The translations under genes and the position numbers were made by a program. Positions 1 to 10,301 of a stretch of 64,000 nucleotides of DNA are shown here, piece after piece; positions within the stretch are counted from its first letter, which is position 1, and every line of letters begins with the position of its first letter. The notes beneath the pieces were generated by a model, which did no database searches, had not been told where the DNA came from, and saw only the letters and a program-made list of their open reading frames with translations. The DNA is from an uncultured Thermoleophilia bacterium (GTDB taxonomy: Bacteria > Actinomycetota > Thermoleophilia > UBA2241): NCBI GenBank assembly GCA_963715985.1, contig CAVQSP010000004.1:32001-96000 (forward strand), in the 5' to 3' direction.

Positions 1-18
1 CACCCCCCCGGGCACGAC

Positions 19-24
19 TACAAT
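19..24 (+). promoter_or_regulatory. Putative sigma70 -10 element (TACAAT) for the mttB operon
   Basis: TACAAT about 70 nt upstream of the mttB GTG; the -35 would lie at or beyond the window edge. Confidence 0.4.
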
Positions 25-91
25 GTCGCCACCCAGGTGGGTAGAAGGCCCCGCTCCTGCCGCCCTCGAGCACGACCCAGAAGGGACAGCC

Positions 92-1561
92 GTGAAACGA
101 AACCTGTTCGCCGGCCGCCGGCGCAGCGAGGGCGTGCAGCTCAGCGTCCTCACCGACGACGACCTGCTCGACATCCACTCCGGCACGCTGGAGGTGCTGG
201 ATCGCACCGGCGTGTTCGTGGAGGCGGAGGAGGCCCGCGAGGTCTTCGCCCGCGCGGGCGCCGAGGTCGACGACGGCACCGGTGTGGTGCGCATCCCGCC
301 CCACGTGGTCGAGGAGGCCCTGCGCACCGTGCCGTCCAAGGTCGTGCTCGCGGGGCGCGACCCGAAGAACGACATCGTGCTCGAGCCGGGGCGGGTGGGC
401 TTCACCAATTTCGGCGAGGGCGTCAAGGTCGTGGACCCGTACACCGGCGAGGTGCGCGTTCCCACCAAGGACGACGTCGGCACCACGGCCAAGGCCGTCG
501 ACTACCTCCCCAACGTGGACGTGTACGAGCGCGCCCTCACGGCCATGGACGTGCCCCAGGAGTCGGCCCCGTTGCACCAGGCCGAGGCCTGGATGACCAA
601 CACCTCCAAACACGGCTTCATGGGCTCGGGCAACGGCTACCTCTCGGAGAAGCTCCTCGACATGGCGGCGGCCATCGTCGGTGGCCGCGACAAGCTTGCC
701 CGGCGGCCGATCATCTCGTTCATCACGTGCCCGGTGAGCCCGCTCAAACTGGTGCGGGACACCTGCGAGATCATCATGAGCGCGGCCCGCGGCGGCGTTG
801 CCGTGAACATCCTCTCCATGGCCATGGCCGGCGGCTCCTCGCCGGTCACCCTGGCCGGGACGCTGGTCACACACAACGCCGAGGTGCTGGCGGGGCTCAC
901 GCTCAACCAGCTCACGCGGCCGGGGGCGGCGGTGGTGTACGGCAGCTCCACCACCGCCATGGACCTGCGGCTCGCCGCCGCCTCGGTGGGCTCTCCGGAG
1001 TGCTCGCTCATCAGCGCCGCCGTCGCGCAGATCGCGCGCTTCTACCTCCTGCCCAGCTGGGTCGCCGGTGCGTAGGGCGACTCCAAAGTGGTCGATGCCC
1101 AGAGTGGCCACGAGAAGACCCTGACCGGCCTGATGCCGGCGTTGGCAGGTGCCAACCTCATCTACGGTCTGGGGATGATCGAGTCGGGCATGACCTTCGA
1201 CTTCGGGCAGCTCGTCATGGACGACGAGTTCGCCGGCATGATCAAGCAGTGCGTCGCCGGCATCCCGGTCAACGACGAGACGCTCGCCCTCGACGTCATC
1301 CACGAGGTCGGGCCCTTCCAGGACTTCCTGAGCCACGACCACACCATGGCGCACATGCGCTCCACCTCGCAGCCGGCGCTCATCGACCGCCGCGTCCGCG
1401 ACGAGTGGGCGGCCATGGGGTCGAGCACGTTGCACGAGCGGGCGCTCGCCAAGGCGAGGGTCATCATCGAGACGCACGTCCCGGAGCCGCTGCCTGAGGG
1501 TGTCCCGGAGGAACTGGCGGCCATCATCGCGGCCGCCGAACGCGAGCTGGGGGTGGGCTGA
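92..1561 (+). CDS. mttB: Pyrrolysine-containing trimethylamine:corrinoid methyltransferase; in-frame TAG at 1073-1075 (Pyl328)
   Basis: ORFs 23-1075 and 1088-1561 share a frame and join through TAG to read SWVAGA-O-GDSKVVDAQSGHEKT, matching the methanogen MttB Pyl context. Also GF.NFGEG, CPVSPL and AMAGGSSPVTLAGTLVTHNAEVL motifs. GTG start after AAGGGA. Confidence 0.95.
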
Positions 1562-2943
1562 TGGCCGACATCCGTACGCGCATGGGCGATGGCTACGTGG
1601 CCATGCTCACGCCCGAGGAACTGCGCGCCGACCTGGAGGCCGGCTGCGCCGAGGCGGTGAAGCGCGCCAAGGTGCCGCCGCTCGAGGAGAACGAGTTCGA
1701 CTGGCTCGTCGACCTCTTCGCCAATCCGAGCCGCATCATGGGCGTGGACCCGGGCCGCGAGGTGATCCTCACCAAGGACGGCTCGGTCAACACGCTGTGC
1801 TCGGCGCAGCTCTCCAGCGGCGTCGGGCTGCCGCTGAGCCGCGAGCAGGCCTTCCGCGTGTTCGAGCGCGCCTTCTGCTTCGACACCATGGAGATCGGCC
1901 ACCCCGACTACTCGTACAAGCCGGTCAAGCCCATCGTCTCCCTCGAGGCGACCGGGGTGGAGCAGGCGCTGCTCACCACCATCATCCCGGTGTTCTACGG
2001 GGCGATGCCCAACTTCGGCCTGTACGCGCAGCCGGACGGGCCGTTCCCCAACCCCGCCGACCTGCTGCCGCGCGGCGAGGTCGAGGCGGCGCGCGAAGTG
2101 CAGATGGAGATGGCCGAGGCCTGCAAGGCCGACATGCTCTACGTCTCCCGGATCATGGCCGAGGTGGGCGCCGACGGCATCAACTTCGACACCACCGCCT
2201 CCACCGGCGACGCCGAGTTCCTCGCCACCCTGCAGGCGGTGGAAGAGCTGGCCGCGACCACCGACCTCTCCATCGAGGTCGGCATGGCGGCCGAGTTCGT
2301 GCTGGGCTTCCACGGCCAGCTCGAGTACAAGGGCAAGCGGCTGGCCGGCATGTGGCCGCACCAGCAGGTCAAGGTGGTGGAAGAGGCCGGCGCCCACATC
2401 TTCGGCCCCGTCGTGAACACCAACTCCCGCAGGTCGGTGCCGTGGAACGTGGCGCGTGCCGTCACCATCGTCAAGGAGTGCTCGCGCGTCGCCGAGATCC
2501 CCGTGCACGCCAACGTGGGCATGGGCGTGGGCGGCGTGCCGATGTTCGAGGTGCCGCCCGCCGACGTGCTCACGCGGGCCAGCGCCGCGATGGTGATGAT
2601 CGCCAACGTGGACGGCTTGTAGGTGGGCACCGGCGATCCCTACGGGATGTCGATCAGCCACGCGCTTGCCTCCGGCATGGGGGGCATCCGCACCACTGGA
2701 GACCTGGTGGCGAGGATGCAGCTCCGCAGGAAGATGAGGCTTCCGGAAGCGAAGAAGTACGTGGCCGACAAGCTCAAGGTGGGTCTGGACGACCTCGCCG
2801 ACAGCACCGTGATGAGGGGCCTGCGGCAGGAGCTGGACATCGGCGTGATCACCGCCGTGCCCGGCTGCCGCAAGGGCATCGAGGCCAAGCGCAACATCTC
2901 CGAGCTGCTGGACGTTCCTGTACCCTGTCTGAAGCGGCTGTAG
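1561..2943 (+). CDS. mtbB: Pyrrolysine-containing dimethylamine:corrinoid methyltransferase; in-frame TAG at 2620-2622 (Pyl354)
   Basis: N-terminus TRMGDG; [35 protein letters not shown]; read-through gives [37 protein letters not shown], the MtbB Pyl context. TGATG overlap with mttB. Confidence 0.95.
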
Positions 2944-3060
2944 GCGGACGGCGGCCGCGGCCGGCGTGAGCGCCGCCGCGGCGCACGACTGAGACACCAC
3001 GGGCCCCGGGCCGTCCGACTGCGTCGGCGGCTCGTGGGCCCGCTGCTGCGGGCGGGAGGC

Positions 3061-4305
3061 ATGGCGGAAGCAGGCGGGACCACCTCGGCGGGGCGGATCA
3101 GGGAAGTCGCCGCAGCGTTTCCGCGACCCTTCTGGCTGCTCACCGCCGGGTGGTTCGTCTATGTGCTCGGCTACGAGTGTGGCTTCCCCTTCGAGTCGAT
3201 CTACCTCAACGAGAAGCTGGGCATCTCGCTCACGGCCATCGGCCTGATCTACGGGGTCACGCAGCTGTGCGGCCTGCCGGCCCAGATCGCCGGCGGCGCC
3301 GCGGCCGACCGCGTCGGGCGGCGCCCGGTGCTCCTGCTCGGGATCATGGCCACCACGGTGCTCTTCCTCGGCCTGGCGTTCGTCCACAGCGTGCCGCTGG
3401 TGGTGGCACTCATCGCCTTCGAGGCGGCCTTCGGCTGGGGGATGTTCCAGATGTCGAGCAACGCCGTGGTCAGCGACGTGGTGTCGGAGGAGCGGCGCAC
3501 GGAGGGCTACAGCATCGCCAGGACGGCCGCCAGCGGCGGCATCGTCGTGGGCCCGCTTCTCGGCGGCCTGCTGCTCCGCCACGACCCGAGCTACCGCTGG
3601 CCGTTCATCGCCGGCGGGGCGATCTGCGCGACCTTCTTCGTCATCGCCCTCGTGTGGCTGCCGGAGACGCGTCCGGCGGCCGCGGCCGCGCGCGAGAGCG
3701 TCCGTGCGACCTTCGCCGGGTACCGCGCCGTGCTGCGTGACCGGCGCCTGCTGACCTTCGCCGCCGTGACCCTGCTGCCGCTCTACTGCCACGGCCAGTT
3801 CCTCATGACCTTCCCGATCCTGCTCAAGGACACAGTAGGCGTGTCGACCAGCACCGTCGGCCTGTTGTACTCGTTGTACGCCGCGTGCAATGTGCTCGTG
3901 CAGTACCCGCTGGGGCGGCGCCTGCGGCATGCCGACCGGATGAAGGTGCTGGCCGCGGCCAGCACCTTCATGGGGGTCGGCCTCTCAGGCGCCGCCTTCG
4001 CGCCCCGGGGGGTCGCCACGGCGGCGTTCGTGGTGGTCGTGAGCTTCGGCACGGCGCTGCTGATGCCGTTCTCCGTGACGGTCATCTCTCACCTGGCGCC
4101 GCTGCGCCTGCGCGGCCGCTACATGGGCGCGTGGACGCTCGTCTGGACGGCCGGGGTGGCGCTGGGGCCCATCTTCGGCGGGCTGGCGATGGACCGGCTC
4201 GGGGGTCGCGGCGCCTACGCGCTGGTGCTGGCCGCCGGCCTCATCGGAGCCGTGTTCTATCTGCTGCTGTCGCGGCGGCGGACGATGGACGCGGCCGCGA
4301 CCTGA
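3061..4305 (+). CDS. MFS transporter (12 TM)
   Basis: Motif A GAAADRVGRRPVL, multiple hydrophobic helices, GGAGG RBS before ATG 3061. Confidence 0.9.
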   Translation: MAEAGGTTSAGRIREVAAAFPRPFWLLTAGWFVYVLGYECGFPFESIYLNEKLGISLTAIGLIYGVTQLCGLPAQIAGGAAADRVGRRPVLLLGIMATTVLFLGLAFVHSVPLVVALIAFEAAFGWGMFQMSSNAVVSDVVSEERRTEGYSIARTAASGGIVVGPLLGGLLLRHDPSYRWPFIAGGAICATFFVIALVWLPETRPAAAAARESVRATFAGYRAVLRDRRLLTFAAVTLLPLYCHGQFLMTFPILLKDTVGVSTSTVGLLYSLYAACNVLVQYPLGRRLRHADRMKVLAAASTFMGVGLSGAAFAPRGVATAAFVVVVSFGTALLMPFSVTVISHLAPLRLRGRYMGAWTLVWTAGVALGPIFGGLAMDRLGGRGAYALVLAAGLIGAVFYLLLSRRRTMDAAAT

Positions 4306-4359
4306 GCGGCCGGCAGACGGTCGGAGCCTGAGGGGCCCGCCGGCGCTAGCGCCTGCGAT

Positions 4360-5538
4360 TCAGCCTGCCTCGAGCGCGTCACGCACGGTGCGCGCGAGCC
4401 GCTGGGCGCCCTCGCGGAGCTCGTCCGGGTCGTACATGCTGAAGCCCAGGCGGATGCCGCGGTCCACGCCGGCGAGGGAGAAGCGCGTGCCCTCCATGAA
4501 GCCGACGCCGTTGGCCTCGCCGGCGGCGACCAGGGCGCCGGCGGTGAGGCCGTCAGGCAGGGTGAGCAGCAGGAAGAGCCCGCCGCCGGGGCGCCACACG
4601 CCGCACCCTTCCGGCAGCGACTCGCGCAGGCCGCTCACGAGCGCGTCGCGGCGCAGGGCGTAGTGCGCGCGCAGGTGCTCGACGTTGGCGGCGTAGACGC
4701 CGTCGAGCACGAGCCGCGCGCACACGCAGGCGCCGAACTGGCTCATGCAGCCGGCGCTGTCCAGCACGCCGCGCTCGGTGAACTCGAGCACGCGCCCGGG
4801 CGCGGAGGTGAGCCAGCCGCAGCGCAGGCCCGGCGACAGCGTCTTGGAGAAGCTGCCCAGACGGATCACGTGCTCGGCGGCGCCGTCCACGTCCGCGGCG
4901 AGACGCCACAGGGACGGCGGTGGCGGGCCGTCGTACGAGAGCTCACGGTAGGCGTCGTCCTCGACGACGATGAGGTCCTCCTCGACGGCGAGCTCCACGA
5001 GCCTGCGCCGCCGCTCCAGCGACATGCAGGCGCCGGTGGGGTTGTGGAACGTCGCCACCGTGTAGACGAGGCGCGGGCGGCGCCCGCCGGCCCGCGCCTG
5101 CCTGACCGCCTCCGCGAGGGCGTCGACGTCGAGGCCGTCCTCATCGAGGGGCACGCCGACCAGGTCCAGCGAGAGGTCGCGAGCCATGCGGATGCCCAGG
5201 CTGAAGCCCGGGTCCTCCATGAACACCACGTCCCCGGGGTGCACGAGGTGTGAGAACAGCAGCTGGATGGACGGCGAGATGCCGTTGGTGACGGCCACCT
5301 GCGGGACGTCGACGTCGCAGCCTTCGAGCGTGGCGAGGCGCTCAGCGAGCGCCTGCCGCAGCGCCATGGGGCCCTCGTTGAGCCCGTAGTTGAGCGACGC
5401 CGCGCCCACGGTGTCCATCACCCAGTCGGCGGCGTTGCGGATGGCGGCGGTGGGGATGAGCGCGGGGTCGGGATCGCCCCAGCGGAGCTCGATGATCCCC
5501 GGTCGCATGATTGCCTGTGGCTCGACGATGAAGGACAT
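4360..5538 (-). CDS. PLP-dependent class I/II aminotransferase (2-aminoadipate/MocR-like)
   Basis: FHNPTG, EDDAY and GSFSKTLSPGLRCGW motifs. Confidence 0.88.
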   Translation of the reverse strand: MSFIVEPQAIMRPGIIELRWGDPDPALIPTAAIRNAADWVMDTVGAASLNYGLNEGPMALRQALAERLATLEGCDVDVPQVAVTNGISPSIQLLFSHLVHPGDVVFMEDPGFSLGIRMARDLSLDLVGVPLDEDGLDVDALAEAVRQARAGGRRPRLVYTVATFHNPTGACMSLERRRRLVELAVEEDLIVVEDDAYRELSYDGPPPPSLWRLAADVDGAAEHVIRLGSFSKTLSPGLRCGWLTSAPGRVLEFTERGVLDSAGCMSQFGACVCARLVLDGVYAANVEHLRAHYALRRDALVSGLRESLPEGCGVWRPGGGLFLLLTLPDGLTAGALVAAGEANGVGFMEGTRFSLAGVDRGIRLGFSMYDPDELREGAQRLARTVRDALEAG

Positions 5539-5592
5539 GCTCTCGGTCTCCGTGTCCGCGGTGGCCAGGCCGGGGGTCCCGGCCGGCACATC

Positions 5593-6279
5593 TTACGCTT
5601 CGACTGCCTCCACGCGGTTGCGCAGCACGCCGATGCCCTCGACCTCGACCTCCACGACGTCCCCCGGCTTCATCGAGAGCTTGGGGTCGCGGAACACGCC
5701 GACGCCGGCGGGCGTGCCCGTGAGGATCAGGTCGCCGGGCAGCAGGGTGAGCACGTGCGAGACGAACGAGACGAGCTCACGCACGGGGAAGATGAGGTCG
5801 CCGGTGCGCCCGTCCTGAAGGGTCTCGCCGTTCAGCCGCTGGGTGACGCGCAGGTCGGCGGCGTCGCCGAGCTCGGCGACGGGCACGAGGTGCGGACCGA
5901 TGGGGCAGAAGCTGTCGTACGTCTTGCCGCGGAACCACTGGCGGTCGCCGAACTGCGCGTCGCGGGCGCTCACGTCGTTGCCGCAGGTGTAGCCGTGGAC
6001 GGCAGCGAGCGCCTCGCCGGCCGAGACCTTGTGCGTCTCCCGGCCGATGACGACCGCGAGCTCGGCCTCCGAGTCCACGTGGCCGATGCCCTCGGGCATC
6101 AGGATGGGCTCGCCGTCGCCGCACAGCGCGGTGGCGAACTTGGCGAACAGGATCGGCGACGTGGGGAGGTTCTTCACGCCTCCCTCGGCGGCGTGGTCCT
6201 TGTAGTTCAGTCCCACGCAGATGACCTTGGGCTCGGTGCGCCCGAAGCGCTCCAGCCAGTCGGCGCGCCAGTCGTACAT
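5593..6279 (-). CDS. Fumarylacetoacetate hydrolase family protein
   Basis: CVGLNY, DSEAELAVVIG, NDVSARD, GDLILTGTPAGVG; GAGGAG RBS. Confidence 0.92.
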   Translation of the reverse strand: MYDWRADWLERFGRTEPKVICVGLNYKDHAAEGGVKNLPTSPILFAKFATALCGDGEPILMPEGIGHVDSEAELAVVIGRETHKVSAGEALAAVHGYTCGNDVSARDAQFGDRQWFRGKTYDSFCPIGPHLVPVAELGDAADLRVTQRLNGETLQDGRTGDLIFPVRELVSFVSHVLTLLPGDLILTGTPAGVGVFRDPKLSMKPGDVVEVEVEGIGVLRNRVEAVEA

Positions 6280-6289
6280 CGTGCTCCTC

Positions 6290-7689
6290 TCAGGCGGTCT
6301 GACGGGTCGTGGCGGCCTCGGCCGCCTTCGCGGCCGGGGCGGCCGCTGCGATCCGGCCCTCGGCCGCGAGCGCCTCCGCGACGATCTCCACGGTGTGGCA
6401 CACGCGCTGGCCGCGGCCGCGCCGCCGCAGGCTGTCGGTGAGCTGCATGCGGCAGCCGGGGCAGCTGGTGACGACCACCTCGGCGCCCGTGGCGTCGATC
6501 TCCGCGGCCTTGCGGGCGCCGATCTTGTCCGCCAGCCCCGGATGCGTGAGCAGGAACGACCCTGCGCCGCCGCAGCACACCTCGGTGGAGGCCAGCTCGG
6601 CGAGCTCAAGGCCGGCCACGCGGCTGATGAGCTCGCGCGGCTGCGCGCGGACGCCCTGGCCGCGAGCCAGGTGGCAGGGGTCGTGGTAGGTGACGCGGGT
6701 GCCGGCCGGGGCGACGGCGGCCGGCAGCTCGACGCGTTCGGCGAGGTACTCCGTGGCGTCAAGGGCGCGGGCCGCGAGCCGCTCCGCACGCGGCCCCCAG
6801 ACGGGATCGCCGGCAAGCAGCCTGGGGATGAAGTGCTTGAGCGCGGACCCGCACGTGGGACAGGCCGTGAGCACGGCCTCGCCGTCCAGGCTGCCCAGAG
6901 TCCTTACGGTGGCCCGCGCCAGGTCGCGGCGCAGAGCGCTCGTCGCCGTGCATCAGCATGGGCACGCCGCAGCAGGTGGTTCTCAGGCGGCAGCGTGGCC
7001 TCGACCTGCGCCGCGCCGAGCGCGCTCACGAGGGCGCGACCGATCTCGGGATAGACGTAGGTGATCATGCAGCCGGGGTAGAAGACGACGCGGCCGCGTG
7101 CCTGCGCGCGCGCGGCCGGCCGAGCCGTCCGCCGGCGCCCAGCGGCCGGGCCGGCAGCCTGGGCAGCACCGGCCGCCGCTCGCGCGGCACCGGCAGGCGG
7201 GCCACGCCGAGGTCCTCTTCGGGGCCCGCCGCGAACGCCAGTCCCTGGAGCTTCGCGGCCGCGGCGGCGCCCGCTTTGAGCACGCGCGGACGCTTGACGG
7301 CGGCGAAGATGGCGCCCGCCGCGGGCGACACGCCCCGCCGCCGCACGACCTCCGCGCGCGCCGCCAGGATGATGTCGTCCAGGCGGATGCCGGACGGGCA
7401 GGCGTCCACGCAGGCGGTGCAGGTGAGGCAGAGGTCGAGCTGGCGCGCGACGTCCTCGTCGGGTTCGAGCTCGCCGCTGAGCAGGGCCTGCGCGATCACC
7501 ACCTTGCCGCGCGCTACGGCAGGCTCGCGGCGGACCTGGTAGTAGACGGGGCACACGGCCTGGCAGTTGCCGCAGCGCATGCACGCGTCGATGTGCCTCG
7601 CGCAGGGCGGCGAGGCCGGAGGCATCCGCCGGCTCACCGGGGTTCGCGCCGCGACGCGGCTCACCCGGCTTCACGTCGCCGGTCGTCAC
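6290..7689 (-). CDS. glcF: Fe-S subunit of a glycolate/lactate-type oxidoreductase (GlcF-like), with several apparent frameshifts
   Basis: CMRCGNCQAVCP, CLTCTACVDACP, FYPGC, CCG, YHDPCHL, CCGGAG and TSCPGC spread over about four frames. Confidence 0.8.
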
Positions 7690-9162
7690 CCGGCGGACCC
7701 CGCGAGCGTGACGACCTTGCCGGGGTTCAGCAGATCCTGGGGGTCGAGCGCCCGCTTGATGCGCTGGGAGATCTCCACGCCCACGTCCCCGATCTCCCAC
7801 GGCAGGTAGCGCTGCTTGGACGTGCCGATGCCGTGCTCGCCGCTGAGCGTGCCGCCGAGGCGCAGGGCCCCGGCGAAGATCTCGTCGATGGCCGCGTGCA
7901 CGCGCTCCATCTCGGCAGGGTCGTTCTTGTCCGTGAGGATGGTGGGGTGCAGGTTGCCGTCGCCGGCGTGTCCGACGACGCTGATGGTGACGTCGTGCTT
8001 GCGCGCGACGTCGGCGACCAGCTCGAGCATGGCGGCGATCTGGCTGCGCGGCACCGTCGCGTCTTCCACGATGGTGGTCGGGCGCAGGCGCGCCGTGGCC
8101 GGCAGCGCCGCGCGGCGCGCGGTCCAGAGGGCGTCGCGCTCGGCGCCGGTGGCTGACCTCGCGTACGTCGCCGCCGTGGTCGCGGCACTGGGCGAGCACG
8201 GCCTCGGCCTCGCGCGCCACCATCTCGGGGATGCCGTCGACCTCGATGAGGAGCAGAGCGTCGGCCTCCACCTGCAGACCCACGTGCGTGTACGCCTCCA
8301 CGGCGACGATGGTGGTGTGGTCCATGAACTCGAGCGTGGCGGGGATGACGCCGGCGCCCACGATGGCGATGGCGGTGTCCGCGGCGGCCCTCTGGCTGTC
8401 GAAGTAGGACACCATGCTGCGCATGGCCTCGGGACGCGGCCGCAGGCGCACGACGATCTCGGTGATGACGCCCAGCGTGCCCTCGGAGCCGACCATGAGC
8501 TTGACCAGGTCGTAGCCGGTCACGTTCTTGACGGTCTTGCCGCCGGAGCGCAGCACGCGGCCGTCGGCCAGCACCACCTCGAGGCCCGTGACGTAGTCCT
8601 TGGTGACGCCGTACTTGAGCCCGCGCAGGCCGCCGGCGCACTCGGCCACGCTGCCGCCCATGGTGGCCGTGGCTACGGAGCCGGGGTCGGGCGGGTACAT
8701 CAGGCCGTGTGCCGCCGCGGCCTCGTCGAGCTCCTTGATGATCACGCCGGGCTGCACGGTGGCCGTCAGGTTCACGGCGTCGATCTCGAGGATCTCGTGC
8801 ATCTCCAGCAGGCAGAGCACGACGCCGCCGTCGGTGGGCGTGCTGCCGCCGCTGAGGTTGGTGCCGGCGCCACGGGTGAAGACGGGACGACGGTGGCGGG
8901 CGGCCGCCTGCACCACGTGCGCGACCTCGGCGGTGGAGCGCGGGAAGACGACCGCCACCGGTCTGCCGGGCACGGAGTCGGCGGCCGCGTCGAACCCGTA
9001 GCACACGAGGTCCTCCGGGGCGGTGAGGACCTGCTCCGGCGGCGAGGCCGCTGCGCAGGTCGCGGAGGAGCGCCGCCTCCGCCGGCGTGGGGTTGCGGCG
9101 GGCGGCGCGGAGCGGTGCCCTCCGGCGCCCCGCTCGACGGCCTGCCTGCGGTGGCTCTTCAC
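7686..9162 (-). CDS. glcD: FAD-linked oxidase (GlcD-like), frameshifted near 8150 and probably near 9060
   Basis: RGAGTNLSGG, YPPDP, KYGVTKDYV, GSEGTLG, GHAGDGNLHP, SGEHGIG. Confidence 0.88.
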
Positions 9163-10291
9163 GACGGCCCTCCCCCAGCACCCGCGACTCGGCGCGCAGC
9201 GCCTCCAGGAAGCGCTCGTTCTGCTCGGGCCGGCCCACGGTCACCCGTACGTGGTGAGTGAGGCCCCAGCCGGTGGCCGGGCGCACGATGACGCCGCGCC
9301 GCAGCAGGCGCCCCCACAGCTCCTCCGCGTCCTCGCCGACGTCGACGAGGATGAAGTTGGCCTGGCTGGGCGCCACGTGGAAGCCCAGCTCGGTGAGCGT
9401 CTCGGTGAGGTACGCGCGGCCGGCGATGGTCTGCGCGATGCAGCCCGCCAGCCACTCGGTGTCGGCGAGGGCGGCGGGCCCGGCGACGATGGAGAGGCGG
9501 TTGAGATTGAACGGCTCCTTGATCGTGTCCAGCAGCCAGCATACGCGCTCGCCGACGAGGGCGTAGCCGAGGCGCATGCCGGCGAGGCCGTAGGCCTTGC
9601 TGAAGGTGCGCAGCACGATGACGTTCTCGTGCCCGGCCTTGAGGAAGTCCAGGCCGTCGGCGTAGTCGGGGTCGTCGACGAACTCGCGGTAGGCCTGGTC
9701 GAAGACCACCGCCACGCCCTCGGGGAGCGAGGCCAGGAACTCCTCGGTCTCGCGGCGCCGCACGATGCAGCCGGTCGGGTTGTTGGGGCTGCAGAGCCAG
9801 ACGAGCTTGGTCCTCGCCGTGACCGCCGCGCGCACCGCCGCAAGGTCGTAGTGGAAGTCGCGCAGCGGCACCGTGACGACACGGGCTTGCATGAGCTTGG
9901 CCGCCTCGGCGTACCGGCCGTAGGTGAGGTCCGGCACCACGACCTCGTCGCCGGGGTCGCAGAACAGCTGCGGGATGAGCTGGATGATGACCTCCGTGCC
10001 GTGACCGACGACCACGTTCTCGGCGCGCATGCCGTTGGCCTCGGCGAGCACGTGCTTGAGGTCGAAGAAGCTCTGCTCGGGGTACTGCCAGAGGTTGTGG
10101 AGCTCGCCGCGGATGGCCTCCAGGGCGCGCGGCGACGGGCCCCAGGCGTTCTCGTTGGAGGCGAGCTTGACCAGGTCGGTGAGGCCGAGCTCGCGCTGCA
10201 CCTGCTCGGTGGTGTAGCCGGCGATGTACTTCTCCAGGGTGAAGACGGCGTCCCTGTAGCGGTCCTCGCCGGCCCGACGTTCCGTGGTCAT
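9159..10291 (-). CDS. hisC: Histidinol-phosphate/aromatic aminotransferase; stop restored by a 1-nt indel in the G-run near 9170
   Basis: KLASNEN, SPNNPTG, DQAY, RTFSKAYGLAGMRLGY, SQANF. Confidence 0.85.
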
Positions 10292-10301
10292 GGCCGCGGC
10301 C

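Noticed and set aside
25-91. Riboswitch in the mttB leader
   Set aside because: Only a short hairpin; no recognisable cobalamin, ZTP, THF or SAM consensus.
1073-2622. mttB and mtbB as nonsense-mutated pseudogenes or four separate genes
   Set aside because: Both stops are TAG at the conserved Pyl positions, and the downstream halves are in frame and intact.
1162-3930. Long antisense or alternate-frame ORFs (1162-3930, 41237-44917, 24381-26177 and others)
   Set aside because: Shadow ORFs typical of high-GC DNA, overlapping well-supported genes and lacking motifs.
7727-10291. 854-aa HisC fusion
   Set aside because: The extension is off-frame, Arg-rich sequence over glcD; one indel near 9170 restores a normal stop.
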